From contig CM120640.1 in the NCBI GenBank assembly GCA_051362555.1, positions 52,368,788 through 52,432,787 on the forward strand: a stretch of DNA of 64,000 nt, given 5' to 3'. The notes below the pieces were generated by a model that ran no database searches, was not told the DNA's origin, and saw only the letters and a program-made list of their open reading frames with translations. Below are positions 51,401 through 61,900 of this stretch, in pieces; the first letter of the stretch is position 1; each line of letters begins with the position of its first letter. A program made the position numbers and the translations under genes. Source of the DNA: Lingula anatina (taxonomy: Eukaryota > Animalia > Brachiopoda).

Positions 51401-54400
51401 ATGTGACATTAAAATTGATCTTTGACCTACTTTTCACCATGAACTGAATTTTGCAAATTTTGCTTTCCTTTTATCTCCAAAACTGGCTGAGATAGGTCCG
51501 TAGTTACTATTGAACTTGAATAGGAAGTCATATACTGGCAATCTAAATGTGACCTTAAAATTGACCTTTGACCTACTTTTCACCATAAACTGAACTTTGC
51601 AAATTTTTCTTCCCTTTTATCTCCAAAACTGGCAGAGATAGGTCCGTAGTTACTATTGAAGTTGAATAGGAAGTCATATACTGGCAATCTAAATGTGACC
51701 TTAAAATTGACCTTTGACCTACTTTACACCATGAACTGAATTTTGCAAATTTTGCTTTCCTTTTATCTCCAAAACTGGCTGAGATAAGTCCGTAGTTACT
51801 ATTGAACTTGAATAGGAAGTCATATACTGGCAATCTAAATGTGACCTTAAAATTGACCTTTGACCTACTTTTCACCATAAACTGAACTTTGCAAATTTTG
51901 CTTCCCTTTTATCTCCAAAACTGGCAGAGATAGGTCCATAGTTACTATTGAACTTGAATAGGAAGTCATATACTGCCAATCTAAATGTGACCTTGAAATT
52001 GACCTTTGACCTACTTTTCACCATGAATTGAACTTTGCAAATTTTGCTTCCCTTTTATCTCCAAAACTGGCAGAGATAGGTCCATAGTTTCTATTGAACT
52101 TGAATATGAAGTCATATACTGGCAATCTAAATGTGACCTTAAAATTGACCTTTGACCTACTTTTCACCACGAACTGAATTTTGCAAATTTTGCTTCCCTT
52201 TTATCTCCAAAACTGGCAGTGATAGGTCCATAGTTACTATTGAAGTTGAATAGGAAGTCATATACTGGCAATCTAAATGTGACCTTGAAATTGACCTTTG
52301 ACCTACTTTTCACCATGAACTGAACTCTGCTAATTTTTTTCTCTTTTAACTCCAAACCTGGCAGAGATAGGTCCATAGTTACTATTGAACTTGAATAGGA
52401 AGTCATATACTGGCAATCTAAATGTGACCTTGAAATTGACCTTTGACCTACTTTTCACCATGAACTGAACTCTGCTAATTTTTTTCTCTTTTAACTCCAA
52501 ACCTGGCAGAGATAGGTCCATAGTTACTATTGAACTTGAATAGGAAGTCATATACTGGCAATCTAAATGTGACCTTGAAATTGACCTTTGACCTACTTTT
52601 CACCATGAATTAAACTTTGCAAATTTTGCTTCCCTTTTATCTCCAAAACTGGCAGAGATAGGTCCATAGTTTCTATTGAACTTGAATATGAAGTCATATA
52701 CTGGCAATCTAAATGTGACCTTGAAATTGACCTTTGACCTACTTTTCACTATGAACTGAACTTTGCAAATTTCTTTCTCTTTTATCTCCAAACCTGGCAG
52801 AGATAGGTCCATAGTTACCATTAAAGTTGAATAGGAAGTCATATACTGGCAATTTACTGTGACCTTGAAATTGACCTTTGACCTACCTTACGATGAACTT
52901 AACTTTGATTGTACCATTTTAAGTTATATATATTTTTTGCATATTTTGAAAATTCTTGTTGATTGCATTTTTACAGCTTGTCAAGCATAAGACTGGTGGC
53001 TGTGTCCCTTCTTTTGTGTATGTGGGGGTCTATACGAATGCGCTTGCTCCAGCTGGTGGTACAATATTCGGAGGCGGTATCGCCTCTCTGATCCTCTAGT
53101 TTCTTTTAGAAAACTTATTTCCCTTTCTTTTAGGATTAGGTGTAATTTTCTACCTAAAGGTGATGGTATTAACATGTTCAGAAAGCATGTGAGAATGTTT
53201 TTGTGTATGTGTCTGTTTACATTCTAAAAATTTTGTAATTGGTGATGACTTGTGTTGTGTGTGAAACATTTTTGATACCTGGACTCTGGGAGTGGAGTAT
53301 CAGTTACCTGGACACCTTACAACTGAGAATTAGCAAAGTATTGACATTTTGAAAAATGAAAAAGATAACATGTAGTATTTTGTGAGGCATAGTGCTGGGT
53401 GTCCCAACATCCCAATTTAAACCTAACACTTGTGACAACTTCCTGCAGATCTACAATGCCCTGCTTCTATGTTAAGGTTGTTGGTTCAGTGCTACTAAAG
53501 TGATACCTTAGTATGGATTGGTGTATAATTTGGTGTTGTTGAGTGTGGCATGCATTGTGTATTTAACTAGGGGACTGACCGAGCTCTTGAAGCAGATGAG
53601 ATGAGTAACACTGGAGGAATAACAATAACAGAGGTGACAGAGGTACGAGTTCAGATGCAGTGGCACATGGACATCAATACAGTATTAATATGAACTTAGA
53701 TAGTTGATGCATGAAAGCATACTGCATGCCAGAAGGAATTCATGTAAAAAATGTATGATCAAGTCTCAGATTAAAGTAGCCAGCACTAGCCAACACGTTC
53801 CCAAATCATTTGGCAGTTGTTATAGGAAAATGAAATTTTGTGTAGTCTTTGTCCATTACTCTCACTATCACTTGAATAAAACTTTCTGTAGAACAATAAA
53901 CAGGATTCTAAAGGATTTACACAGTATAGCATGTTGCTGATTAACTATCTCACATATTATGTCTGCTTTTAAGTAACATATGTTACATTTTGTGGAACAT
54001 TCAGTAGATGCAGTTTAGGTTTTTGCCACTTGCCTGTTTTATTAATATATATCCCATTTGAATTGGGATAGAAAAATAAGGGCAGTGCTACAAAAATTAT
54101 GTGTTAAGACACAATAGGAATGCTTCCCAGTGCTTGCAAACACTCTGTAGGTAATTTCAAGAGTAGTTTCAAGAGAAAGTGCATGTTGTAACAAACATGC
54201 ACGCACACGCACACGCACACACACACTTCAAATAGATGAAAGATAATCTTCTTCTACCTATCCTATCTGCATGAGAGCTTATGTGTGTGCCATTGATTGC
54301 TGAGAGTTCTGGCGTGACTACATTTCCTGTCTGCATGCTATTCCACTATGGGTAGTGGCGTACGAAGTGGTTAAGTAAGGATGATACATAGGGTTAGATA

Positions 54401-56224
54401 GTAAATTTTGAGCCTCCTTTTCTAAACTAAATTTTAGTGAACAAATTATGTTATTTAAAGGAAAGTTTGAATATTTTCTTTAAAGTTCCCCATGTATAAG
54501 TTGGTGCACATAAAAAAACTTATCTGCTTGTTATTTGTCTTAATGATGCTTGTTTTCTATAATGATTTCCACTAACCATTTTGTCTCTGTAGGGAAGCAG
54601 ATATTTTTCCTTTTTTATTTCCAATTATCTGTTTGTTTATTTGTTTATAACTTAATTTATTTGTTTATTTTGAATTGAATTTTATTTAAAAAATTTTGTG
54701 AGCATACTATCTAAATAAAAGTATATGACATTTCTGGACAGTTAATTAAATGGTTAACAATATTTACTTAATTTTTTCTCATTTTTAATTTGCCAGTGTC
54801 TTATCTATAGTTTAAAAATTGTTTGGCAGTCAACTTTTTTTTTTCAAATTGACATGACAAGGATTACTGTATGTGCCTCACATTTCCTTTTCAGCTTGTC
54901 CAGCAGATGAAAGTAGGTGTCAAAGCTGTGAAGCTGTACTTGGATGTGGCAGAGAGAGCTAAAGAGTTCACTGCCAGGTATTTTGGTCTCACACAGCCAC
55001 TGTACTTTGACTTCACCCACCTGGTGTGCAGGACAGCTCTGGAGGATCACAAGAGTAGTAGGTTTTTATTATCTTAATTTTTTAAAATTTTTTATTCACT
55101 TGAATGTCTTACCATACAGATTTTGGCAGTTATGTTAATATAAGGCCCTGTCCGTGATTATTTTAGTATTATCTTGCATAGGGTAGCATCAAATAAAGGA
55201 CATTTTACAATCTTCAATTTCAGTTTAAGAGTCAAATGATTTTGCCAGCATTTGTAAAGCAAAATCACTTAACATAATGGAATGAAATGTAAAATTTCTA
55301 AATTTCAGATCAGAATAGACAGCGGAAAGACCTCAGTCACCCCATCCATGCAGACAACTGTCATATCCAGCAAGATGGAAGCTGTAGGAAGAAACCCCCA
55401 GCATATATACAGAGAGATTTTAGGTATTTGTTTAGTCACAAGACAAGATTCTGGGCAAGATGCCTTCTTCACTTGCCAAGATTCAAATCCAAATATACAA
55501 AGCATCAAACTGCCTAGTGAAGGTGTTTCCAAGATTGCTCAGTAACTAATAGTTTCATCTGAACCTTTATGTTAGAAATATATGCAATGCATATGAAATG
55601 TTTTAAAATAAATATTAAAATAAATACAGTTAACACTATGGTTTATGAATTGAATTATTTTGCTTATTAATGAATAAAGCGTAAGTTTTGTTTTTAGTGC
55701 CATATTGTACCTAAATGATGGATTTGAAGGTGGTGATTTCTTCTTTGCCCATGCTAATAGTTCAGTTCAGGTAAGACCATGGTGCTTAATACAATCAACC
55801 TGACATTTTAAATGTGAGAGAAGAAACGAGATATTTTCTAATTATTACAAACAGTACTTAGAAAATATTGTATGTCATAATTATTACACACAATAACACA
55901 TGTACAATAGTGTGCCTTTGGATTTAGATTTTTTTATCAATTGAAGAAATGCATATTTTAATAATAATTTACTACAGGGCAAACATTTTGTGTTTATTTT
56001 CATGGTGCCAGGCTTCACTGAAACCCAGAAGAGGGAGACTGGTGGCCTTTAACTCCAGCAGTTACCATGGTGTGCAGCCATTGTACAAAGGTCAGAGATG
56101 TGCTGTAGCCATGTGGTACACTCTGGATCAGAACTATGATGAAGTGGCTCACCAAGTGGCAAGGGAGGTCCTAAAGCAGTTGGGTAACAAGCCACATGGA
56201 CCACCTTTGCATAATGAACTCTAG
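11211..56224 (+). CDS. P3H: Prolyl 3-hydroxylase / leprecan family gene (spliced, about 943-946 aa) with two tandem 2OG-Fe(II) dioxygenase domains
   Basis: Phase-compatible GT-AG exons: 11211-11678, 12764-12916, 15305-15476, 21850-21975, 27007-27143, 32815-32913, 43271-43477, 45864-45959, 46348-46495, 46779-46893, 47136-47413, 47743-47915, [48237-48332 or 48902-49006], 54895-55057, 55309-55423, 55698-55770, 56012-56224. Has a signal peptide, four CxxxC motifs, two sets of THLVCRT / HPIHADNC / YHGV / GQRCA, and C-terminal HNEL. Confidence 0.93.
12764..12916 (+). CDS. P3H: P3H exon 2
   Basis: tag|IQLYQHAAAAAYTFLLSNKDNEAMQKNIHYYRSL...EEKPYQ|gtgaga; matches the leprecan AxAAxTF...MxxNxxYY motif. 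Confidence 0.92.
15305..15476 (+). CDS. P3H: P3H exon 3
   Basis: cag|THYIRAVEAYNREDWLGVIESMEKSTREYFKEHRTCRLLCEG...NIA|gtagag; ends in phase 1. Confidence 0.92.
15504..16890. repeat. 34-bp minisatellite (about 21 near-perfect units plus degenerate ends), interrupted by a MITE
   Basis: Unit ATTGTGTTGGATATGATAGTGTGCTTAGTGGG(A/G)T; 3 units before 15644 and about 18 after 16197. Confidence 0.97.
15644..16197. mobile_element. MITE (554 bp) with 3-bp ATT TSD, PIF/Harbinger-like
   Basis: 39-bp imperfect TIRs (34 of 39 match) AGAGAGTTTCCG...CGGAAACTCTCT. ATT is duplicated at 15641-15643 and 16198-16200 relative to the uninterrupted satellite unit. Confidence 0.88.
19172..19228. repeat. (CA)n microsatellite
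   Basis: Directly visible in the sequence. Confidence 0.95.
21850..21975 (+). CDS. P3H: P3H exon 4
   Basis: cag|(D)YFIKVLDCKKSCGQKLDKIYGQFIEDFIAGCYHYLQFAYFK|gtaagt. Confidence 0.92.
27007..27143 (+). CDS. P3H: P3H exon 5
   Basis: tag|(V)GEFNHASECAGTYLLFKPGDETMEANKDAYLRLKGIGPMSFTPRE|gtattt. Confidence 0.92.
32553..32690. repeat. (TTTA)n / T-rich low-complexity tract upstream of P3H exon 6
   Basis: Directly visible in the sequence. Confidence 0.9.
32815..32913 (+). CDS. P3H: P3H exon 6
   Basis: tag|DAQKHYDLIAFEAQLLKYIDEHYMFDITEVIDD|gtaagt; 99 nt, phase 0-0. Confidence 0.85.
34320..34872. mobile_element. MITE (about 550 bp), Harbinger-like
   Basis: TIRs TACCCCATTCACACTAC and GTAGTGTGAACGGGGTA, flanked by ATA on both sides (or a TA TSD if the TA is outside the element). 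CpG-rich interior with internal GCGTTCACAC repeats. Confidence 0.82.
43271..43477 (+). CDS. P3H: P3H exon 7 (start of dioxygenase domain 1)
   Basis: tag|DDEFDDLF...KELKGKKRVVVDGFLTDEQCGWLKELAN|gtaggt. Confidence 0.9.
45864..45959 (+). CDS. P3H: P3H exon 8 (domain 1 GDGY...PHT segment)
   Basis: tag|IGGIKGDGYQQYSTPHTKHEMYHGITVDKAAE|gtagga; 96 nt. Confidence 0.92.
46348..46495 (+). CDS. P3H: P3H exon 9
   Basis: cag|LVEGAKINMTAAELYLNVSELMRQYTEKYLNLASPLYFHFTHLVCRTSL|gtacac. Confidence 0.93.
46779..46893 (+). CDS. P3H: P3H exon 10 (domain 1 HxD iron ligands)
   Basis: tag|(D)DGEERTDLSHPIHADNCIMTTDGKCLKKLPAFIWRDY(T)|gtgagt; 115 nt. Confidence 0.94.
47136..47413 (+). CDS. P3H: P3H exon 11 (domain 1 distal His and 2OG-binding Arg)
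   Basis: cag|GLLYLNDNFEGGEFFF...KPKCGRLVSF...YHGVKAVTSGQRCALAVWFTLD...GQRK|gtaaca; ends in phase 1. Confidence 0.93.
47743..47915 (+). CDS. P3H: P3H exon 12 (linker and start of dioxygenase domain 2)
   Basis: cag|(E)NEKDDSVPVGK...EDLGGPQRMAADGLATEEECQELCKLAN|gtaagg; paralogous to exon 7, same LAN end. Confidence 0.9.
48237..48332 (+). CDS. P3H: P3H alternative exon 13a (divergent duplicate)
   Basis: tag|GHGKRGSGYRGHVSPLSTHESFEGLDVPEAAE|gtactg; 96 nt, phase 0-0, open, homologous to exons 8 and 13b. Confidence 0.75.
48388..48431. repeat. (TG)n microsatellite just downstream of exon 13a
   Basis: Directly visible in the sequence. Confidence 0.95.
48902..49006 (+). CDS. P3H: P3H alternative exon 13b (canonical type)
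   Basis: cag|AAAVQGDGYRGKEKQSSPHTKHEIFAGLNVVHAYK|gtagac; 105 nt, phase 0-0. Confidence 0.88.
49441..53102 (+). mobile_element. Non-autonomous Helentron-type (HINE/DINE-1/pearl-like) element carrying a tandem array
   Basis: SubTIRs ATTGTACCACCAGC (49443-49456) and GCTGGTGGTACAAT (53052-53065); 5' inverted partner GCTGGCGGTACA; CCGGCTCCG microsatellite; 3' hairpin GAGGCG-gtat-CGCCTC (53071-53086); CTAGTTT end; T-rich flanks. Confidence 0.85.
50445..52890. repeat. 146-bp tandem repeat array (about 17 units)
   Basis: ATCTCCAAAACTGGC recurs at 50451, 50597 and onward to 52784. Each unit contains TGACCTT(G/A)AAATTGACCTTTGACCT. Confidence 0.97.
54895..55057 (+). CDS. P3H: P3H exon 14
   Basis: cag|LVQQMKVGVKAVKLYLDVAERAKEFTARYFGLTQPLYFDFTHLVCRTALEDHKS|gtaggt; an alternative in-frame donor follows 55054. 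Confidence 0.9.
55309..55423 (+). CDS. P3H: P3H exon 15 (domain 2 HxD iron ligands)
   Basis: cag|(N)QNRQRKDLSHPIHADNCHIQQDGSCRKKPPAYIQRDF(S)|gtattt; 115 nt, same length as exon 10. Confidence 0.93.
55698..55770 (+). CDS. P3H: P3H exon 16
   Basis: tag|AILYLNDGFEGGDFFFAHANSSVQ|gtaaga. Confidence 0.92.
56012..56224 (+). CDS. P3H: P3H last exon (domain 2 distal His and Arg; ER-retrieval HNEL)
   Basis: cag|ASLKPRRGRLVAFNSSSYHGVQPLYKGQRCAVAMWYTLD...PPLHNEL then TAG. Confidence 0.93.
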   Translation, partial: ASLKPRRGRLVAFNSSSYHGVQPLYKGQRCAVAMWYTLDQNYDEVAHQVAREVLKQLGNKPHGPPLHNEL

Positions 56225-58611
56225 GTGGTATTCTTATCAAGAGAGCATAATCAACAGAATTTCTGTTAATCTGTTTTCAGTTGGTGTTATTATTATTGTT
56301 TACTTTGCTTTTCCAAGTAAATATCTGGTAACTCAATCTCACATTATTGTATTTTGACTATTTTTTGGTCAATGTGGTTATTAATATGGTTTAAGTTATT
56401 AATATCTATATATAATTGTGTTGAATTTCTTTTTGTTAAAGACTTGTAAGGGGAATTGGTTTGCACTTGAATTGTATCATAATAACTATGTTCATGTCTC
56501 TTTTTTTATACAGTCCACAACCAAAGCATTCATACCAGCATTTCTTTGACAGCACCTCATAACTTTTACTCAAAATGTTGTTTTTTAAAGCTTGTGTTTT
56601 ATTATTGAAAGCCTGCACTTTGGGTTGAAAAAGAATTGTGGCAAATATTTAAAATCTTTAAACTTCCAAATCAGCATCATAAATTTAGTGTTAATTTAAT
56701 GTTTCCATTATGTACATATCATTTCTCACATCAGGAATTTGATGTAGTTAAGACAATCAAACAATATGAATTGCTGTTAAGTTAAATAGAAAATCCATTG
56801 TGGCCATCTTAGTTTATTGTATATGGTATCTGTGCTCACTCTTAAGCAATGGAATTTTCCCATTATTAATTCATACAAAAATACACCAGTTGCCTTATTA
56901 TTATTTATCAAAATATATTAAATATAATATGGTCTATTTCTAAACAGAGCAGTCTCATTCTTTATACTGTCCCATTCAAAAGAAGTCTTTTTTAATCATT
57001 TACTTAACTTTGTCTCCTTGGCAATGCAAACCATGGTTATCACTAATATTAGACCTTGCAGATAATTCTGGTCAGTTTTTTCCTTTTTAACTTGTTTTAT
57101 AGAATTGTTTTATCAAATTATCCTGTTATAATATGTACTTAATAGAAGAGAACATTCACAACATTTCAGTAACTTCCAGTTTGATAACGTATCTGACACA
57201 TGATAGTATAGAAAAAATGTCAGTGACAGCTACTGCAATAACACAAGGCACAGTGATTCATCAAAAAAAAAAATCTAATACTAATATTTATTTACAGAAA
57301 TGACACAGATTTTAGCATTAATTGCTATGGTATATACAGTTTTTAATTTTATGGCATAATATGATGAAAAGAATGGTGCTAGACCTCATTATTTAGCATT
57401 GTCCCAATATCAACTGGTGTTCCTGTGAAGATTATTACCATTGTTATTAAATTTTATGGTAGTTATTTGTTAGTTATTGCCAATGGTTATTTTGTTTATA
57501 TGCCTCAGACATAATCTAAATGTAAAATTTTTAGAGACGTGCTTGGGAAAGATCTGCAGAAAAGTGAAATATGATTGTCATTTACTGTGCTAAGAAGCAT
57601 GGGCTATAACAAAACAATTTTCAATCTTTGGCTTATTAGTAGGATTTTGAGCATTGATCAATTGTGTAGATTACAGGTGATCATTCAAAATAGGAATATA
57701 CAGAAATACACAGAAAGAGCTGTCACTTTACTCAAGCGTTGCCATTGCAGTGTAAAAAATCAATAGTTAATTTAAGTATAGTAACTTAAATTGGAATCTT
57801 GCAGAATTTGGTTGTGTTTACAGTGCATCTAATGTATGGAATTATTAGCTTTTTGGGACCAGATGAGAAGACTACATTTAGCTTGTACAGTTAGTCAGTT
57901 TAGAAGACGCATCAACCTAACCTTACAGTATTGAACACAAATTTTTCTGGTGCTTCAGTAGTCTAGGTTTAATCTTTATGCAAGTCAGCTGGTCTGTTTA
58001 CCTAGCTGTTAGTATTAGAATTCCAAAGATCCCCTCCCCCAAGAAATGCCAATATCATTCGGGGGAATATATGGTGCTAGTCATGTAGTGTCTGAGAGGG
58101 TAGTTTCTGTTATCTTTATGAACACCAGCATGGCCTTTTTTTTTCATTATTATATCATATGTAATTGTGTATGTGAGAGAGAGGGAAGAATAGATCTACG
58201 GTACATTTTTCATAGAAGATTTGTAAAGTGCGTGGTTCAAAGAAAGGTCAGTGGTTTAAAAAAAGATTTTATGGATTATAAATATAAGTAAACATTGTAG
58301 CAAATGGATCTAATCCTGTTTTGTTTGTAAATATAAAATTAATTTTTTATACATTATGTACCATTATGTTTACAGAGGTACTTGCTAGAAGCAACGAGGG
58401 GACATACATGTGCATGATGATATAGGGAAGTAATTAAAACTGTAACGAGTATAATAACATGGGGTATGCTTACCCAAAGGAGGGAGAAGATAAAATAAAG
58501 AGTTATATTCTGCTGGCGTGTCCAGTTCTTCCCTGTTCACCTATTAGATAGTTTTACACTAATGTACATGATGCTTTGAACCAAAAGACCCAATTTTGCA
58601 AAGCAATATAC

Positions 58612-58617
58612 TTTATT
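58612..58617 (-). terminator. Candidate TAF8 polyadenylation signal AATAAA
   Basis: TTTATT on the + strand about 50 nt past the TAF8 stop codon. Confidence 0.45.
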
Positions 58618-58668
58618 ATAAAAAGGAAAAAAAAAACATGTCCAACATTTTTGTACCCAATGAAAACA

Positions 58669-58976
58669 CTAATAATATTTCCCTTTTTTCAAAGGAAATT
58701 TTACAGGTCTTAGAAAAGGGTTGTCTATGGCATCATTGTCTGCTGCATCCTCTTTAGACTGAGACTGATCTAAACTAGTTTGTGATGACGGACCAGAGTC
58801 CTGTGTGCCATAACCAGAGTCCTGCGTGTTCCCTTGTCCATCCTCTACTGGACGTTTCCTCCTTCCTGGTGGTTGTTTATGTTGCCCTGCATCTGTCTGA
58901 TCAACATGGTCCAGCTCTTGGTCCTTTGGTAATAATGCATCTAAGTATGGGTGAGGGGTAGGCTTGCAAGCTATCA
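58669..58976 (-). CDS. TAF8: TAF8 last coding exon
   Basis: (L)IACKPTPHPYLDALLPKDQE...AIDNPFLRPVKFPLKKGKYY then stop. Confidence 0.92.
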
Positions 58977-61900
58977 CTACAATGCAAATTGAACAATCTC
59001 AGACCATGTTGCAGTTGAACAGGAACACAAAAAAATGCCCTCCTTTTGGATATAAATCAACTAAATCTTGTTGTGTAGTGTCAATTAATTAAAATGGTAA
59101 ATACAAAAGGATTTTTCCATTTTGTCTGAATATTATTTATACATGATTCTGAACATAAATGACATAGCATTGAATCCAATGTGCAAAGATTCAAACCTAC
59201 ATTCTTCTACGACTCTTCAGACCTTAAACCAAACCAAGACTTACATGGAAATGCAGATGTGTCGTCCTTAAAGAGAGAATGCGTCTCTCCTGTCTTGGCA
59301 ATAAATCTTGTTAATGCTCTTTCTACATCTCTCTTTTGTGATGCTGCTTTTTCACGAATAACCTGGTATTCGTTTGGAGGTTGCATGTGGGACTGAAAAA
59401 CAATTATGTTACAATTATTTTACAAATACAGATTACAATGCATTGCAGATTCCTTGGAAAAAAACAATAAAAATACTGTGCACTGAGGGCATAAATATAA
59501 AGTAAGGACCTGTTCCAGAGGCATTATTTCTGCCATAATTCTTCGCAAAGATGAACAAAAAAAAAAAGTTTTCCATAATGCTAAGTTTAGTGTACAGGGA
59601 GTCCAAATCAAGCAAGCGCAACCTAAAAATTTAGTAAACTGTCCAGCTGTCTTTGGAAATGTAGGTTATCTAATAGCCATCCAATGACAGCTGGACCACT
59701 TTCTGGGGAAAGCCTTGGTGCTCAACATAAACCTTTCTTATACAATCAAAAGACGGTCAGTAAACAAAATAAAATCTCAAGTGGTTCGCAGTCTTAATGC
59801 TAAACCATCAATTTTGTGCAACTTAGCCCAAGTTCCCCCATAGTTCTTATCTAAACCATGCACAGGAAGTTTTCAACCTTTAATATTCTGTTTTTCTTTG
59901 TACATGACCTGCTCTTATGACTGAAAGATGACCTTATCTTTTGTGACTAAATGAATACATAAGGCCCCTGCTCAAAAACTGTACTTATTATAAGAATATG
60001 TGAAATAAAACTACAGGAAATGCATACACCTGTTTACTCAGTGAAGGTCAGGTACAATATTAAATTATCTTTAATATATATATTTACAGCATACCACTGA
60101 TTTTGGAACTCGGTGGTATATAAGTACTTTAAAGGACAATGTTCATGTAAAAATCCATTTCTCGAATTTTGAAGATACAGCACTCAATCTATACACTAGA
60201 GGTATGTTTTAATCGATCCCCGCCATTTAAAAATTATAAAAACAATCTATTAGTAGAAAAAAAAGCGTTTTAGTAAACCTCACCTCAATATGCAAAAATG
60301 AAGCAACAGATCTGGGTCACGTGGTACTGTGACGACAATCACGATAAAGGTCTATGAGACTCAACTGAGCTGCATGGTGCATACTGTAGAGACGGAGAAG
60401 TTAAGGAAAGTTGTGTTGAACGGAGTTGAGGAATTTTCGTTATGCTTCGGTGTGTTGCCATGGGATTCAGCAAAATTGCAGCTCTCGTTGACAATCTTTC
60501 TTTGTCTGTGACGGTCTTCCGTGACTTACTTACTAACTTCGGTGACAATAGTTGCGATGCTCTAGATCATGATCACCTCAGGTGGTTTAGATCATATCAA
60601 GAGCTGGTAGTCTTTCAGATTAACTGTCATCAGTTGGCAAACTTACTGATTGCTGATGCATTTCAAATGCATTGTAGTTGACCAAAAGCTCGTTTACAAC
60701 AAACCTGTTAATTATGCACCTCTGCAATTCCCAAGCCAGGTAATAACAGGTATGAAACTCGTCTTGGTGGGCTTTCATATTTTTCAATATATCTCATTTA
60801 TTTCATGGGGTTATTTTATTGGTATTTGTAAATGACGTTAAATATCAATACTTAAACAATTAAGTTCAAACACGGTCGCGAACATTAATAAAAGAAATTG
60901 CTCTCAGGGTATCTTGAAGCTTCCGTGGAAGAAAACGTGTTGAGGAAAAACAGGAAAAAGAGCGTTATATTAAAGAAAAAATGGGAACTGCTATAATAAA
61001 ATGGTTCGTTATCCTAATTAGTTTATGCTTTGAGGATTTGTTTCTGAAGATTATTTCATCTGAAATATTAAATAATTTAAAAGATTGATCATTTTATAAC
61101 TTGAAACGCAAATTCTGCGTCAGTACGCAATTTTTTTTTTTTTTTTTTTTTGCAAATTTGTAAGCTTATAACACCGTGCTATAAAGATCTACTCAAGAAA
61201 AAAATTTGCTTGGGTAAAATTGAGTACGGAATGAACTGGAGACACTTGGCTTGTCATTAAGTTTACACGAAAATATGTCAGGTAACTTTATACTGTCTTT
61301 GAAAGAGTAAAGATTGAAAGATAATTTTAGACAAACTTTGACGGGGGAAATACCTACAAAGAGTAATGGGCTATTTCGCCAACATCTTGTTGAAAATTTT
61401 ACACTGCAATTCTATTCAAATAAGCTAAGGAACTAATTGCCAAATTAATACTTTCATCACATAACAGGGGGGTAACCAGACCTGCAAAAATTGTACGCAC
61501 ATATTTAAAAAGATTACAAGCACATACAGCAAAATGTAGACTTACGCAAAACATGAACGACAGCGTAATCACAGCAAATGTACCTCATATAGTAGCTTAA
61601 TTTCCATTAATAATAAAATCATCATTTAAGTCAAAAATATTCTTGCGATTTAATAACTATTTTAATTTACCCAGAACGGTATATTTATTTTAAAGGCGGT
61701 TAACTGAAATATTGTTTTATGATTTGTTTGTGAAAATTGCCCATGTCACCCTGTTAGTTTGGAGATCTAAGCTGGATCAAGTCCGTGTTAAAATTCCTAT
61801 GAAGTTGTGCAGGAAAAATTCTTCCTTTCTTTCTCTAGCTCCTCGATAAACCTGGTGTTCAGATTTTATCTAGTACCCCCAGGTCTACGGGAGCTGCGCT

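Noticed and set aside
50551-52842. Repeated ORFs (MVKSRSKVNF..., MTSYSSS...) as a gene family
   Set aside because: They are translations of the 146-bp tandem repeat, shift frame every unit and show no protein motif.
47743-56224. Second dioxygenase module as a separate neighbouring gene
   Set aside because: It has no start, signal peptide or promoter space, splices in phase to exon 11 across 329 nt, and carries the only HNEL.
58790-58830. TQDSG repeated twice in the TAF8 last exon
   Set aside because: It is a small duplication in a low-complexity linker with no evidence of significance.
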